64,000 nt of DNA, from positions 1 to 64,000 of the forward strand of contig MU626374.1 of the NCBI GenBank assembly GCA_025603075.1, written 5' to 3'. The notes beneath the pieces were generated by a model. The model had not been told where the DNA came from. It made no database searches and was given only the letters and a program-made list of their open reading frames with translations. Source of the stretch: Neoconidiobolus thromboides FSU 785 (taxonomy: Eukaryota; Fungi; Entomophthoromycota). The stretch's first letter is position 1. Each line of letters opens with the position of its first letter. Both the position numbers and the translations under genes were made by a program. This document shows, piece by piece, positions 12,280 to 23,293 of this stretch.

Positions 12280-12612
12280 TTAAAGAATAGATGAAATCTT
12301 AATGGTGATCGTTACTAGATATTTATTATTATCCTTTAAGAAGATTCTTAATTTTTTATAAACATAAATCAAAATAAGTTCAATTATTTTATTTATATCA
12401 CTTTTCAGCAGTACTTGATTATTTTTGTAAATGTTTTGATATGATCTATTTTTACGCAAATTGGAATGTATAATTGACGAAAAAATATATAATATTTTCT
12501 GATTAGAGGCATTAATATTATAATTATTTAACAATTATCTTTGCACTATCGCTTTGAACTTTTAGATAGTTATATTTTTCTTAGCCTCATTTCTATCCCC
12601 TATTAGTTCCAT
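12280..12612 (-). pseudogene. Possible decayed gene of unknown family
   Basis: ATG at 12612 is in frame with the 84-codon ORF at 12280..12534 through two TAA stops (MELIGDRNEAKKNITI*KFKAIVQR*LLNN...). No family recognised. Confidence 0.25.
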
Positions 12613-12710
12613 TTAACTATTTCATATATCCCATAATTTTTTTAGACTGATCAAAGCTTAATAAGCGTAATCAGACTAAGTGGCACTTTTTAGCTCACTA
12701 AAGAATACTT

Positions 12711-13551
12711 ATGCTAAGATTAATCACCAAAACTAAAAGAGGAATGCAAAGGCTAGGACATGAGCTATTAAAAGCAAATAGTTATTGCAATAAAATAAAC
12801 TCTTCAGCTATGAATAACAATGAGATTGATACTTTATTAAATCATAATCAAGTATGGAGTAAAGCCCAACAAAAAGAAAAAGATGCTTTGTTTAAAAAAC
12901 TAGCGGTAGGTCAAAGTCCTAAATTTTTATGGCTGGGTTGTAGTGATTCTAGGGTACCTGAAAGCACTATCTTTAACCAAGGTAAATCAAATAAGCTCTC
13001 TTTTTTAAACCAAAAGCTCATTTCATTCAGATCCTGGTACTTTTTTCGTGCATCGAAATGTTGCCAACGTAATAAAAAAAGATGATCCAAGTTTATTAGC
13101 TGCTTTGGATTTTTCTATTAGAGTATTGAAAGTTGAACATATTATTTTATGTGGCCATTCTGATTGTGGTGGTGTCAAAGCTTCATTTACAGGTTCTAAT
13201 ATTCCTAATGTAGACCAATGGCTTTCTCCTGTTATGAAGTTATGCAAAGGTAATTGTTTTATGTACGTTCGATTTATTATTAATATGTTTTTATTTTACT
13301 TTAGAACACCAAAAAGAATTTGATGGTAATATTGTTATATACTTTATGAAATAATTTTTATTTAGTTTTGTTTAGAAAATTTTAATAATCAAGAAGATAA
13401 AGAGGAAGCATTGTGTCATCTTAATATTTTCAATGGTATTAAAACGTTGAAGGAAATTCCAGTAGTCAAAGAAGCTTTAAGTAACCTCTATATACACTCA
13501 TGGATTTATGATGTAGGTACGGGTAAAATAAAAGTTTTAAATAAAGAGTAA
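12711..13551 (+). CDS. NCE103: Beta-class carbonic anhydrase, 4 exons
   Basis: Motifs GQSPKFLWLGCSDSRVPE, PGTFFVHRNVAN, ILCGHSDCGG and HSWIYDVGTG. Introns start at 12982, 13250 and 13326; 21 nt micro-exon 13305-13325; stop TAA 13549-13551. Confidence 0.96.
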
Positions 13552-13588
13552 AAAAACATTATTTCATTATTACCGTTATTAATTTTTA

Positions 13589-15043
13589 TTACATTAAAAT
13601 TTCATTGTGGAAATTTTCCTTTAACTCCTTATTGGGTAATACAAGACAATTACGTATAATTAACTCATCTTTGACTTTAACTTCTTTACCAAGAATAGTC
13701 GTTGATTGGATTTTAATTCCATTCTTAGTAATGGTAGAATGCCCATCACTGAAACTTCCTTGGATACGTACCCATCTTCCAATAGACGATCCCCATCCAA
13801 TAATAGAATGTACGATGCAAGCGTCAGACTATAATAAAATGCAATAAATAAAAATGGCTTATAATGAAAAATGTGTTTACTTTGACTTGGACATTATCTA
13901 ATATAATTGATTCTCTGATACGTACACCATCCTCGAGTACAACATTTGGTCCAATAGAAACATTTGGTCCAAGCTGAATAAAGCTGTTAAATACAAATAT
14001 AATAATAAACAATATTTAATTACTTTGACATTAGCACCGATAGTGGCACTTGGGTGAATGGAAACATTACCAACAATTTCTGCTTTTTCTCCATTTTTAG
14101 CAATTAAACTTGAGTTTGCTTTGGCCATTTCTTCAAGGTATAAAGCATTTGATGGGATGGCAGAACTAAATAGATTAATATATAATAAACCAATAGGATT
14201 TAAAATTACCTTGCAGTACTAAGTTGACGCCATGGTGTATTAATAGAATATACATAAATCTTCTTAGAACCAGCTAACGGTTGAAGTAAATCTTGTTCTA
14301 AACGTAAAACATCACTAGCTACATGTGTATCACTACTCAAGTTATATTAAACTATAAATATATTAATTTTAATATTATTTACCGAGTATCTACTTTCTCT
14401 TTAGCTAATTTGATTTCATCAAAGACTGAAGTATCAAAAAGATAAACACCACATGAAATCAAATCAGAAATAAAGGTTTCTGGCTTTTCAACATAGTGTA
14501 AAACTTCATTGGTATTAGAATCCGCTACTAAACAACCGTAATTTTTGGCTTCTTCACGCGATACCTAATAATTGTTTAGTAATATCCTTTATTATTTTTG
14601 ATCTCAATTACTTTAGTGCCGACAATGGTACAAAGTCTATCAGAGGTATTATGGTCCTCAATGATGCTTTCAAATGGTAAAGATGCACAAACATCAGCAT
14701 GGATAACAAAGATCTGTTTAGGGTTTCCACGACGGAATTCATCTCTGAAGTGATAAATACCACCAGCAGTACCCATAGCTTGATATTCACGAAGGTACTT
14801 AACATTTAAATTTGGGAAATCAGCTTTGACTTTGTTTAAAAACGGAGCAAATACAGAGTCTTCAAAGAAACCAATTAAATATACTTCGTTAAGCTCTTTG
14901 ACTTTGCTTAATTGAACTAAATGATGATAAATTACTGGCTCTCCACCAATTGGAAATAAGGGCTTTGGTAAATCTAAACTTAATGGTCTAAATCTAGTTC
15001 CTCGACTTGGTCCTCCTACTAAAATTGCTGCTTTGACACTCAT
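13589..15043 (-). CDS. GMPPA: Mannose-1-phosphate guanylyltransferase, GMPPA/Mpg2-type subunit (multi-exon)
   Basis: N-terminus ILVGGPSRGTRFRPLSLDLPKPLFP; hexapeptide repeats IHPSATI...IGPNVSIGPNV; C-terminus RNCLVLPNKELKENFHNEILM*; GT-AG introns. Confidence 0.92.
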
Positions 15044-17124
15044 TGTTGTTTTTATAAAGATAAAATAAGATTTAAATTGGATATTTTTAATTACATTGCA
15101 TTTACAATTCCTATTTTAATTGCCCGTATAAACCAATCACATCATACCATATTTTGTCATTAGCCACGCCTCTGTTTTATTGGTTAACTATTTAAATCTA
15201 TTTTAAAAAATGAGCTAAAAATGAGTTGAAGTGATTAAAATTGATTTTTTTTTAGAATTCTGATTTTTGTTGAAATTGTTCAAAAATAAAGTAACCTCAA
15301 CCTCATTTATTTTTTTGTTGGATACTGCTGAGAATTGAACTTTAATTATTAAAATCGAAATACAAAACCTTTAAAACATATTTAAATAGCCTTATGTTTT
15401 TAAATTTTGATGCTAAATTCATATGTCTATATTACTAAGCATACTTAAATTCAATGGTACTAAAAGTTTATGCTTAATTTATACTCATACAACTAGTAAT
15501 ATGATAGAGCCTAGAGTGTTAATATTGACACAAAATAACTAAGCGTGGGAATATATGAAATGTTTATTGAAATTGGCAGTTTTACTATAGAAAAAAACAA
15601 AAATTAGTGTCTAAAAACTCAAATCATCCAGATTCTCAATTTAAGTCAGTAAAGAAAGTTTTTTTGCTCATTAATACCCAGTTAGACGTAAATAATATAG
15701 GAAATAAAGTTATATATAGAAATAGTAGTTTCTTAAAGAAAGCGTATGTTTATACTATATGACCTTGTCTATTTATTCTTTTGAGCTTTACAGTAAGACA
15801 TACGATTATCGGATGTAGCCTATTTCAGCTGAAGTCACAGTTGTTACCCCACAGCTAAAAATAAACCAAAAGATGCTGATATTATAAAGTCTTTAATAAA
15901 TTTATGATATCACTCTTAGTGACTTTGTATATTATTTTAATATATATCGACCTGGGGTATTTATTATTTAATTTGATAAAAATTATGTAAGGTTATTTTT
16001 ATAATACAGTCAATCATTTTAATTATTGCAGAAAAAGTAAAATTGGTCTTGTTTTATTTTGCAAACTTCATTTGGTCTATCATGCAATACTATTTAATTA
16101 CAACTCGAACCAATGAAATCCCTCTTGCAGTTTTAAACTAAATTCAGTATTATTATTTTAATTTTTTACTTTTAGGTTTTTATTTAAATAAATTATTGAT
16201 TTTAGTAATTATTTTTCAATATATTATGAATTTTAGAGGTTATTATTATTAACCTGAAGGTTTCTTTTTTTGAAATAAGAATAAAGCTTATAAAAATGTT
16301 TAATTTTTCTTAGAAAAACTTAAGTGATACCCTCTTATCCTCAACTTTCATAAAGATGGGTATCGCCATTATAGATTTTCTGAAGAGTCTCTTTTAAATA
16401 ACTGCAATGTAATCAAATAAAATACTGCAGCAGAAACAAATCTATAGTGCATGATTTTTGTAAAAATGGAAGTAATTAACACAATTAACTGTAAAGCTTT
16501 TTCTGATTAATACTAATATGATACAAATTATAATAACTACCATTTTTTAAAACAATTTAAAAGAATTATATAATATTAAAAAAATTATAATTAAAGAGGA
16601 GATTCACTGTAAAAATAAGCATTCTGAAGTAACTATAGTAAAACAAAAATAAAGTTATTTAAGCACTTTTAACACAATGCTATTAAACTTTCAATGTTTT
16701 ATAAAAACAAGTTATAACTATCCCCTTTTCAAATCCAGCTAATATACATAACTTATAGATGTTATACTTTATCTCAAACTAGTTAAACTTGGACTCAAGC
16801 CAATATCCCAGCTAATAGTGTTTAACAATTTTAATTTTGTATGGGTTTTGTACCAAGCTTTAGTGATTTTAATTAATTTTTAACCCTCTCAATTTTGTTA
16901 CGACATCAAACTCTAAGCAAACGAAAAGTGATTGGATACTAATATTAAAAAGGGTAAAAGTAGATAAAAAGATGAATTAACTTGGGGGCCTAAAAATTTA
17001 TTAAAAGATGGAGATTAGGATAAATAGATAAGTTTAATAAGGTAAAAAACCATAGGTATGCTTCTATTTAAGAATAAGTTAATAGATAGATACATTAGTA
17101 CCCAGGAAGCATGAGAGTAAAAGC

Positions 17125-17132
17125 TATATAAA
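17125..17132 (+). promoter_or_regulatory. TATA box of CHAP gene 1
   Basis: TATATAAA about 80 bp upstream of the ATG at 17206. Confidence 0.55.
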
Positions 17133-17205
17133 GAGTACAACACTGATATGTACTAAAATTAAGAGTTCGGTTTGATATCAGCTTTAAAAGACATATTTAA
17201 TACTT

Positions 17206-18159
17206 ATGAATTTCCATATTACTTCTATCTTACTATTCGCCTTGACTGGTGTAAGCCAAGCCTATTCCCCGTGGGAAAGCTTTTTTCCACAAAGTGGAAT
17301 GAATAACAATATGGATTTTGGTTCTATGTTTAATCAATTTGGTAATGATAAAAATGGTGGCGATGCTCAAAGCGGTAGTAATTATTTCCCACAGCAAAAT
17401 AACCAAAATTCTCAAAATAACAATATGAATTTCTGGCCCATTCAAGGAGGTAATAATAATAATTATCGTCCTCAACAGCAACAAAATAACAACTATCGTC
17501 CTCAACAGCAACAAAATAACAACTATCGTCCTCAACAGCAACAAAACAATAATATGTTTCGTCCTCAACAACAACAGCAACAGCAGCAGGGTGATGATGA
17601 CATGAGTGGTAATTATCGTCCTCAGCAACAACAGCAACAACAGCAACAACAGCAACAGCAACAAGGTAATGATAACATGAGTAATAATTATCCTCCTCAG
17701 CAACAACAACAGCCACAACAACAACAACAGTCACAGCAACAAAGTAACGGTCAATGTAGCAAGCTTGGTGACATGCCAAACAAGTACCCATTCACTGTAG
17801 AAATGAACAAGAACGCCCCCGGTATACCAAAAGGCCAATGTACTGAATGGGCTGATGGTAGATATTATCAATTAACTGGTCAACACGCTATATTCAATGG
17901 AGATGCCCATCGTTGGAATGAATTAGCTCAAGGTAAGGCTGGTTGGACAGTTTCTAATACACCATCGGTACCTTCAATCGTAGTTATTGAACAATACCAA
18001 GCTGGTTCTGGTGTATATGGCCATGTAGCTGTGGTTGAATCTATGAGTGGAGACACTTTCTGTACATCGAATTGGAATTCGCCAACCTTAGGTGGATTAA
18101 CCTTTAAATCTATGAAAACTGGGCCTGGTATCTCCTTCATTAAATATACTGGAAATTAA
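17206..18159 (+). CDS. Secreted CHAP-domain (cysteine/histidine amidohydrolase-peptidase) protein with N-terminal Q/N-rich low-complexity region
   Basis: Signal peptide MNFHITSILLFALTGVSQA; C-terminal GQCTEWA...GDAHRW...PSVPSIVV...YGHVAVVE...TSNWN matches the CHAP consensus (GQCxWY, GNAxxW, GHVAVVE, SExN). Intronless. Confidence 0.88.
   Translation: MNFHITSILLFALTGVSQAYSPWESFFPQSGMNNNMDFGSMFNQFGNDKNGGDAQSGSNYFPQQNNQNSQNNNMNFWPIQGGNNNNYRPQQQQNNNYRPQQQQNNNYRPQQQQNNNMFRPQQQQQQQQGDDDMSGNYRPQQQQQQQQQQQQQQGNDNMSNNYPPQQQQQPQQQQQSQQQSNGQCSKLGDMPNKYPFTVEMNKNAPGIPKGQCTEWADGRYYQLTGQHAIFNGDAHRWNELAQGKAGWTVSNTPSVPSIVVIEQYQAGSGVYGHVAVVESMSGDTFCTSNWNSPTLGGLTFKSMKTGPGISFIKYTGN
17461..17740 (+). repeat. Coding tandem repeats and polyQ tracts in CHAP gene 1
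   Basis: 30 bp unit aactatcgtcctcaacagcaacaaaataac x3 (17461-17550, NYRPQQQQNN), then two RPQn-G(D/N)DxMSxNY units and CAA/CAG runs. Confidence 0.95.
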
Positions 18160-18261
18160 ATAAAGTTTAGATATTTAAATATAAACCAAAATTTTTACAA
18201 AATATAAATTTTTATTTTTTTTACAATAGTGATTGAATAAAGATTAAGGACTTAAAAAAGC

Positions 18262-20547
18262 TTATAATTTTATAGCTCTATAAAAAGAGGCATACATGTT
18301 CACTCTGTCTAAGGCAATATTGGACCCTTGCTCACGGATACCCATTGGAGAAACTGAAAAGTTAAATTCTTCAAAGAGTTTGTTATACCATGGGAATCTA
18401 GCAGAGGATCTCCAGAATACATAACCTCCCTTTTTAACTTGAACTGACAATTGTTGGATTTCTTCACGAGCATCCTTTTCATTAAACCAATCCATGTGGT
18501 CCATAAGGATCACTTTAGTTAAAGAACTTGGTTCTAAAGATCTTAATACCTCTAAAATGGAAGAAGTATGTAATCTCATGGTATCTAATATATTAGTAGA
18601 CTTTAAACGTTGGAAGTATTTTTGATTGACATAAGATGGGCATGAATCTTGAGTGTATTGTAACTTGAGGCACAAATGATAGAAATATTGATCGTTTGAG
18701 AATAATGAACGGGAAATAATAGGGTCTAAGGTATCGCACATGTATTGGTAAGAAGAACCTTCATTTAACAACATGTTCCATTGATTGATAGGTACACCTA
18801 ATGCTTTCCATAAGAACACTGGGTTGTCTAGCAATTTAATAAACCAAGAATTCAAGATGATGGGACGAATAGATTGATTATAAATGCGCTTTTGCTCTTC
18901 GATTGTTTTAGCCGAACATAAAGCATCTACTTGTTTCTTAATACCTAAACATTTAATTAAAAATTGGACAATGTTAAGAGCATAGCCAGAGCATCCAGTT
19001 TTAAAAAAATTATTTTTAGTAAAGCGATCAGTATTTAGTTTCCAGTATTGATAAGCTGGTGAAGACATATGAGCAGATAACTTTAAATCCAATAAATTTT
19101 CAAAGTTTTCATTAGTACCTTCACCAAACATTTTCCAGAATTCATTATAGCCAAGGGCTTTAATACCAGCAATCTTAAGCTCCAATAAATGATTTTGGTG
19201 AGGATTCATATCAATACAGTGGATTCGTTTAATATCGGCGTGACAAAGGTAATCCAAAGCATTGTCTCCGGCACTAGTAATAACAAACATTTCATCTTCT
19301 GGGTTAAGATCTAACACCTTAATATCTTCTCTTGGGTCTTCCCAAGTAAAGGCGTAAATGTAGGTATCAAATTGAGTGTGACATGGTCTAGTAGGATTAT
19401 ATGGCATACGATTTTTAGTGAAAGATAAAGCAGAAGATTGCTTGCTTTCAGTTTCAATTAATTGAGCTGGCTTAGAAGCTTCAACTTTAGTACTGTTATC
19501 AGCGGATTCTAAAACGGGAATGGGTGTTACACTAGAATCTGAGTAAAAATTAGAGGATTTTGGGGAACCTAACCAAATATAGTATGGGATTTGGACAAGA
19601 TAAGGAACAATGAAATGGTTACGTCCAGAGAAGGATTTGATGGTACTAAATTTATATTCCAAATAATCACGGCGGCATGGATGTAAGTTAATATGATCAA
19701 AATCAAACCAGATTTGCCAGAACCAGCGAGTAAACCAATTACATTGACGATTGACTAAACCACCATCATTTGCAGTAGTTGGTAACACTCTACCAGAGGT
19801 ATAAAAATCACACACACCAATAAAACCATTGGGAGATAGTAATTGATTTACATTATCAATCACAGGGTAGAAAGAATCAATCATCGAAAGGCTATAAGAC
19901 ATAGTAATCAAATCAATCTTTTGTTTAGGGTTATTAAGTTGAGGTAAGATAAAGTTGGAAGCATCAGCACAGACAACATGTACGTTATCCCATCCATTAC
20001 GCTTAAATCTTTCACTTGCTACCTTACATAAAGAGGGGGTTAAATCTACTAAATATACCTTATCAAAATTTTTGATTGGGAAAAAAGAGTTCATTTTTTC
20101 AATATTCCAGCCGGTACCACCACCTAAATCAATCCAAACTAAACCTTCTTGTTTCATTTCACTTAATTTTGAAGCACATAATTTCAACATAGTTGTACGA
20201 CCTCTCAATAATTGACTACGGGTATCATCATAGATGGTAGCTTGGTCTTTATAGAAAGATTCCAACCTTGATTGTTGGTCGCTATTTTTACCTAAAGGTT
20301 TAATGAAACAGGAGTAAATGAATTTGAACTGGGATTGAAATTTAGTGTAAGCTAAAAAGATGGTTAATGATAGAGCAACCAAGAATAAGCCTAAAGCGCC
20401 ATAGCTCTTGTCCATCACTTTATTACTAAGGAATTCTCCTAATAGACTAGGATTAAAGGATAAATAGATCATTCCACCAGCTACAGCGACTAACAGTATG
20501 TTGTAGATGGTAGAGTTGTTTTTTTTTTCTTCTTTTAATGAAGACAT
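18262..20547 (-). CDS. BTA1: Betaine lipid (DGTS) synthase, fused methyltransferase + DUF3419 (BtaB+BtaA)
   Basis: 761 aa single exon; N-terminal TM helices; RLESFYKDQATIYD, WIDLGGGTGWNIE, YLVDLTPSLC (SAM-binding); YIYAFTWEDPREDI, ITSAGDNAL, DMNPHQNHLLELK, LMDHMDWF, DRVNMYASF. Confidence 0.95.
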   Translation of the reverse strand: MSSLKEEKKNNSTIYNILLVAVAGGMIYLSFNPSLLGEFLSNKVMDKSYGALGLFLVALSLTIFLAYTKFQSQFKFIYSCFIKPLGKNSDQQSRLESFYKDQATIYDDTRSQLLRGRTTMLKLCASKLSEMKQEGLVWIDLGGGTGWNIEKMNSFFPIKNFDKVYLVDLTPSLCKVASERFKRNGWDNVHVVCADASNFILPQLNNPKQKIDLITMSYSLSMIDSFYPVIDNVNQLLSPNGFIGVCDFYTSGRVLPTTANDGGLVNRQCNWFTRWFWQIWFDFDHINLHPCRRDYLEYKFSTIKSFSGRNHFIVPYLVQIPYYIWLGSPKSSNFYSDSSVTPIPVLESADNSTKVEASKPAQLIETESKQSSALSFTKNRMPYNPTRPCHTQFDTYIYAFTWEDPREDIKVLDLNPEDEMFVITSAGDNALDYLCHADIKRIHCIDMNPHQNHLLELKIAGIKALGYNEFWKMFGEGTNENFENLLDLKLSAHMSSPAYQYWKLNTDRFTKNNFFKTGCSGYALNIVQFLIKCLGIKKQVDALCSAKTIEEQKRIYNQSIRPIILNSWFIKLLDNPVFLWKALGVPINQWNMLLNEGSSYQYMCDTLDPIISRSLFSNDQYFYHLCLKLQYTQDSCPSYVNQKYFQRLKSTNILDTMRLHTSSILEVLRSLEPSSLTKVILMDHMDWFNEKDAREEIQQLSVQVKKGGYVFWRSSARFPWYNKLFEEFNFSVSPMGIREQGSNIALDRVNMYASFYRAIKL

Positions 20548-20747
20548 ACGATTAATAATAATTACGAATAAAAGGGCTTAATATATTATAAGGATGTTGA
20601 ATCACTAATAACGAAATATTAACCTGTTGAAAGATTTAAAGGTATCTAAAAAGATAAAAAAATAAAGCATTAGTAATTGGTATTTATAGTTTTCAAAACA
20701 ATTAATTGATAAGAATAACTCCAAGTATTATTACTAATAATATATAT

Positions 20748-20852
20748 TGTCAATTGTGTCAAACTTTATAGTGAAGGTGTCAAATTCTAAATTTTGACAT
20801 ATTTCGCCTTCAATTTATTCTTTAATAAATTAATGAGAAAATCAAATTGACA
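20748..20852. promoter_or_regulatory. Cluster of five TGTCAA/TTGACA motifs upstream of BTA1
   Basis: Copies at 20748, 20757, 20778 (TGTCAA) and 20794, 20847 (TTGACA), 200-300 bp upstream of the BTA1 ATG. Confidence 0.5.
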
Positions 20853-23293
20853 AATTGCTAATCTATTCTATAAAATAAAAGGAACTTACAGTATAAACAA
20901 AAGGAATAAAAATAGGTTCAAAAAATCTAGAAATTTTTTTATAGTTTTAATATTGTGAATCGAGATATTGACTCAACTATTTATACTCTAATTTTTTGAG
21001 TTTTAGTAAGTTAAACTACATATACACTAATTTTAATAAAACATTAGAATATCCAAGTGGCCAATAATCTAACCTATCATTTGGACATGCGCAACTCATA
21101 GTTAAATAACTTATTCCCCTAGATACAAATTATTTAATCCAGATGATTAATTTAATTCTTTCACTTCTTATCTATGAAACTTTTAAATAATGATAGATTG
21201 AACAAAGCTCGAGTTTTAATAATACATCAAAAAGGGGAACTATAAAAAGGCATAATAAAGTGTTTAAAAAGGGTGTAATAATTCAAAGATTCTTCCTTAC
21301 CTTATTACACTTTTAATCTAAACTTCGTTTATACCCTCGTTTTTACTCTTCTTTTCTTTCTCTGTTCCTAATTTGTAAGTAAAACCTTAGATTTATTTAT
21401 CCATCTTTTCTCGAGTTAGAAATAGCACTTATTATTGGTGCAAAAATATTTAATATTGTCAACCTTTTTTTTATTAAGGGTGACATCACCTTTCTTTATT
21501 CTTTTTTTGGTTACTTAATAGGCCATGCTTTCTTAATGACTCAAGTTCATTGGTTGAAGCGCCATTTAACTAAAAAGATTATAATTTTTTTAAGTATTTT
21601 AATCAAGGGTAAGAACTTTTAAAAATTAAAACCCGTTTTAGCTATTTGTAAGGTTATATCTCAATAAACTTTAACAAAATGGAAATTGCTAATTGGTCCT
21701 TGACTTATCCCATGTCATCCTCCTTTTTATAGTTTTTGTTATACTATGGTTAAATAAGTGCTATTAAAACTTGCTTGCGTTTAATGCTATAAAAATTTAT
21801 ATTGATAACAAAATGTATGCTAGTCTTTATTTTGTTTTACATTTTAAATACACTTTTGTATTGATTTAAAATTCGAAATGGAGTTTAAGAAACTATACAA
21901 TTTTGGATATTGAGAGTTTTTTAGTATTTATTTTATAAATTATTATATATTGTAATATAGTAACCTGTTTTTAACTAAAACTAAATGATAGTCATTATAT
22001 TTACTTGCATTTATAAAATATCATAAAAGTTAAATTAATTTTATAAATGTACTTTTATAGATATCAAAGAAGTTGTATTTTAATCTAAAATATGAATTCT
22101 TGCCTTTCTATTATAAATATTGATATATAGTTTATTTTTATTTGTAAAAAAATATAATGAAAGTTATTCTATTTAAAAAAATTCAAATAAAGTCAAAGAC
22201 TATATTATACAATATTTTAAACTTTTTAGCCTTACATTACATTCAAATTTAGCAACAATTTACTTTAAAACATTCATTTATTTTTATAAATTATGTGAAA
22301 ATGGTAGTGTTTACTAATAGTTTTAACTAATCTAGCAAACATTTACAAAGTCTTTTAACTACTAGCGTGGGGAACATTAATGATTGAACTATAGATTATA
22401 TAAACAAATGACCTATGTATCACAAAACAAATGTTGAAAGATCAAAATTTATTATCTAATACTACAGGTTAGGAAGGCTGCCTTATGTACTTATTGAGGG
22501 ATCAACTCCCCAACAGGACAGGCCATAACTGAGCACCATAACCATCAGATTAGCCGACCCCAAAAACATGAATTATTGAATGTAAATTTTGGCCTAGTAT
22601 TTCATCAATTTCAAATAATATTTATTTTATATCGTTGTAATAAACATTGTTTTGTTTTATATCATTAAAATGTCAACAAAAGTTTGATTTAATAACATGG
22701 TTTTTAATAATTACTTTTATTGCATAAAAAGTATGTGTAAAAAGGTAAAAAGGTAAACTATTAGAACTATTTTGTAATTAACTTACTATAGCTTTTGAAA
22801 CAAAATTTGTATAATGAAAATAGTTCAGGTTAGACTAAATTATTTGCACAAATAAATCACTGTAGATCTTTATGTTTGTAAGTTTTTTACATCAATATTT
22901 TAAATCGTGCTTTTTGAGGTAGTTAAAAAAGGTGCTTATAATAACGGTTTAAATCCTGGTCATGCATCAGCTAAAAGTTTAATTGACTATCACCTTTGCT
23001 TAATTTATGAAATGTAAAATTAATCCAAGTAAAGCTAATAGGAGTTCGAAGATTGTAAAAATTGGAACTCGAGAATAAGTTGACCAATTAAATAAGCAAA
23101 TAAGGAAATTGATTTGATTTGATGATTTGCATATTTTTTTAATTTATTAAATGGGGAGATGTTTTTTTGATCAGCAAAGAGGAGTACAAAAAACAGCTAA
23201 GTTTAAAGCAATAACTATAAGCCATAAATAATACTATTAATAATAATATAAAAATATTATAAAATAGTGTTGATTATAGTTTTTAAAACTCAA

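Noticed and set aside
17233-17791. Leu-rich and Val/Ala-rich minus-strand ORFs (164 aa, 153 aa)
   Set aside because: Antisense shadows of the CAA/CAG/AAT repeats in the CHAP gene. The same applies to most short track ORFs overlapping real genes (e.g. 679..975, 19955..20215, 54390..54650, those inside NOT1).
21250-21760. Possible LTR-retrotransposon gag remnant (minus strand, KDQLAISILLK... and a Cys-containing segment)
   Set aside because: The zinc knuckle is incomplete, stops are frequent, and no LTRs or pol motifs were found.
23152-23170. Isolated MITE-like ends (GGGGAGATGTTTTTTTG here; similar near 7470, 54155 and 55136)
   Set aside because: No family core sequence or partner TIR follows, so they were not counted as copies.
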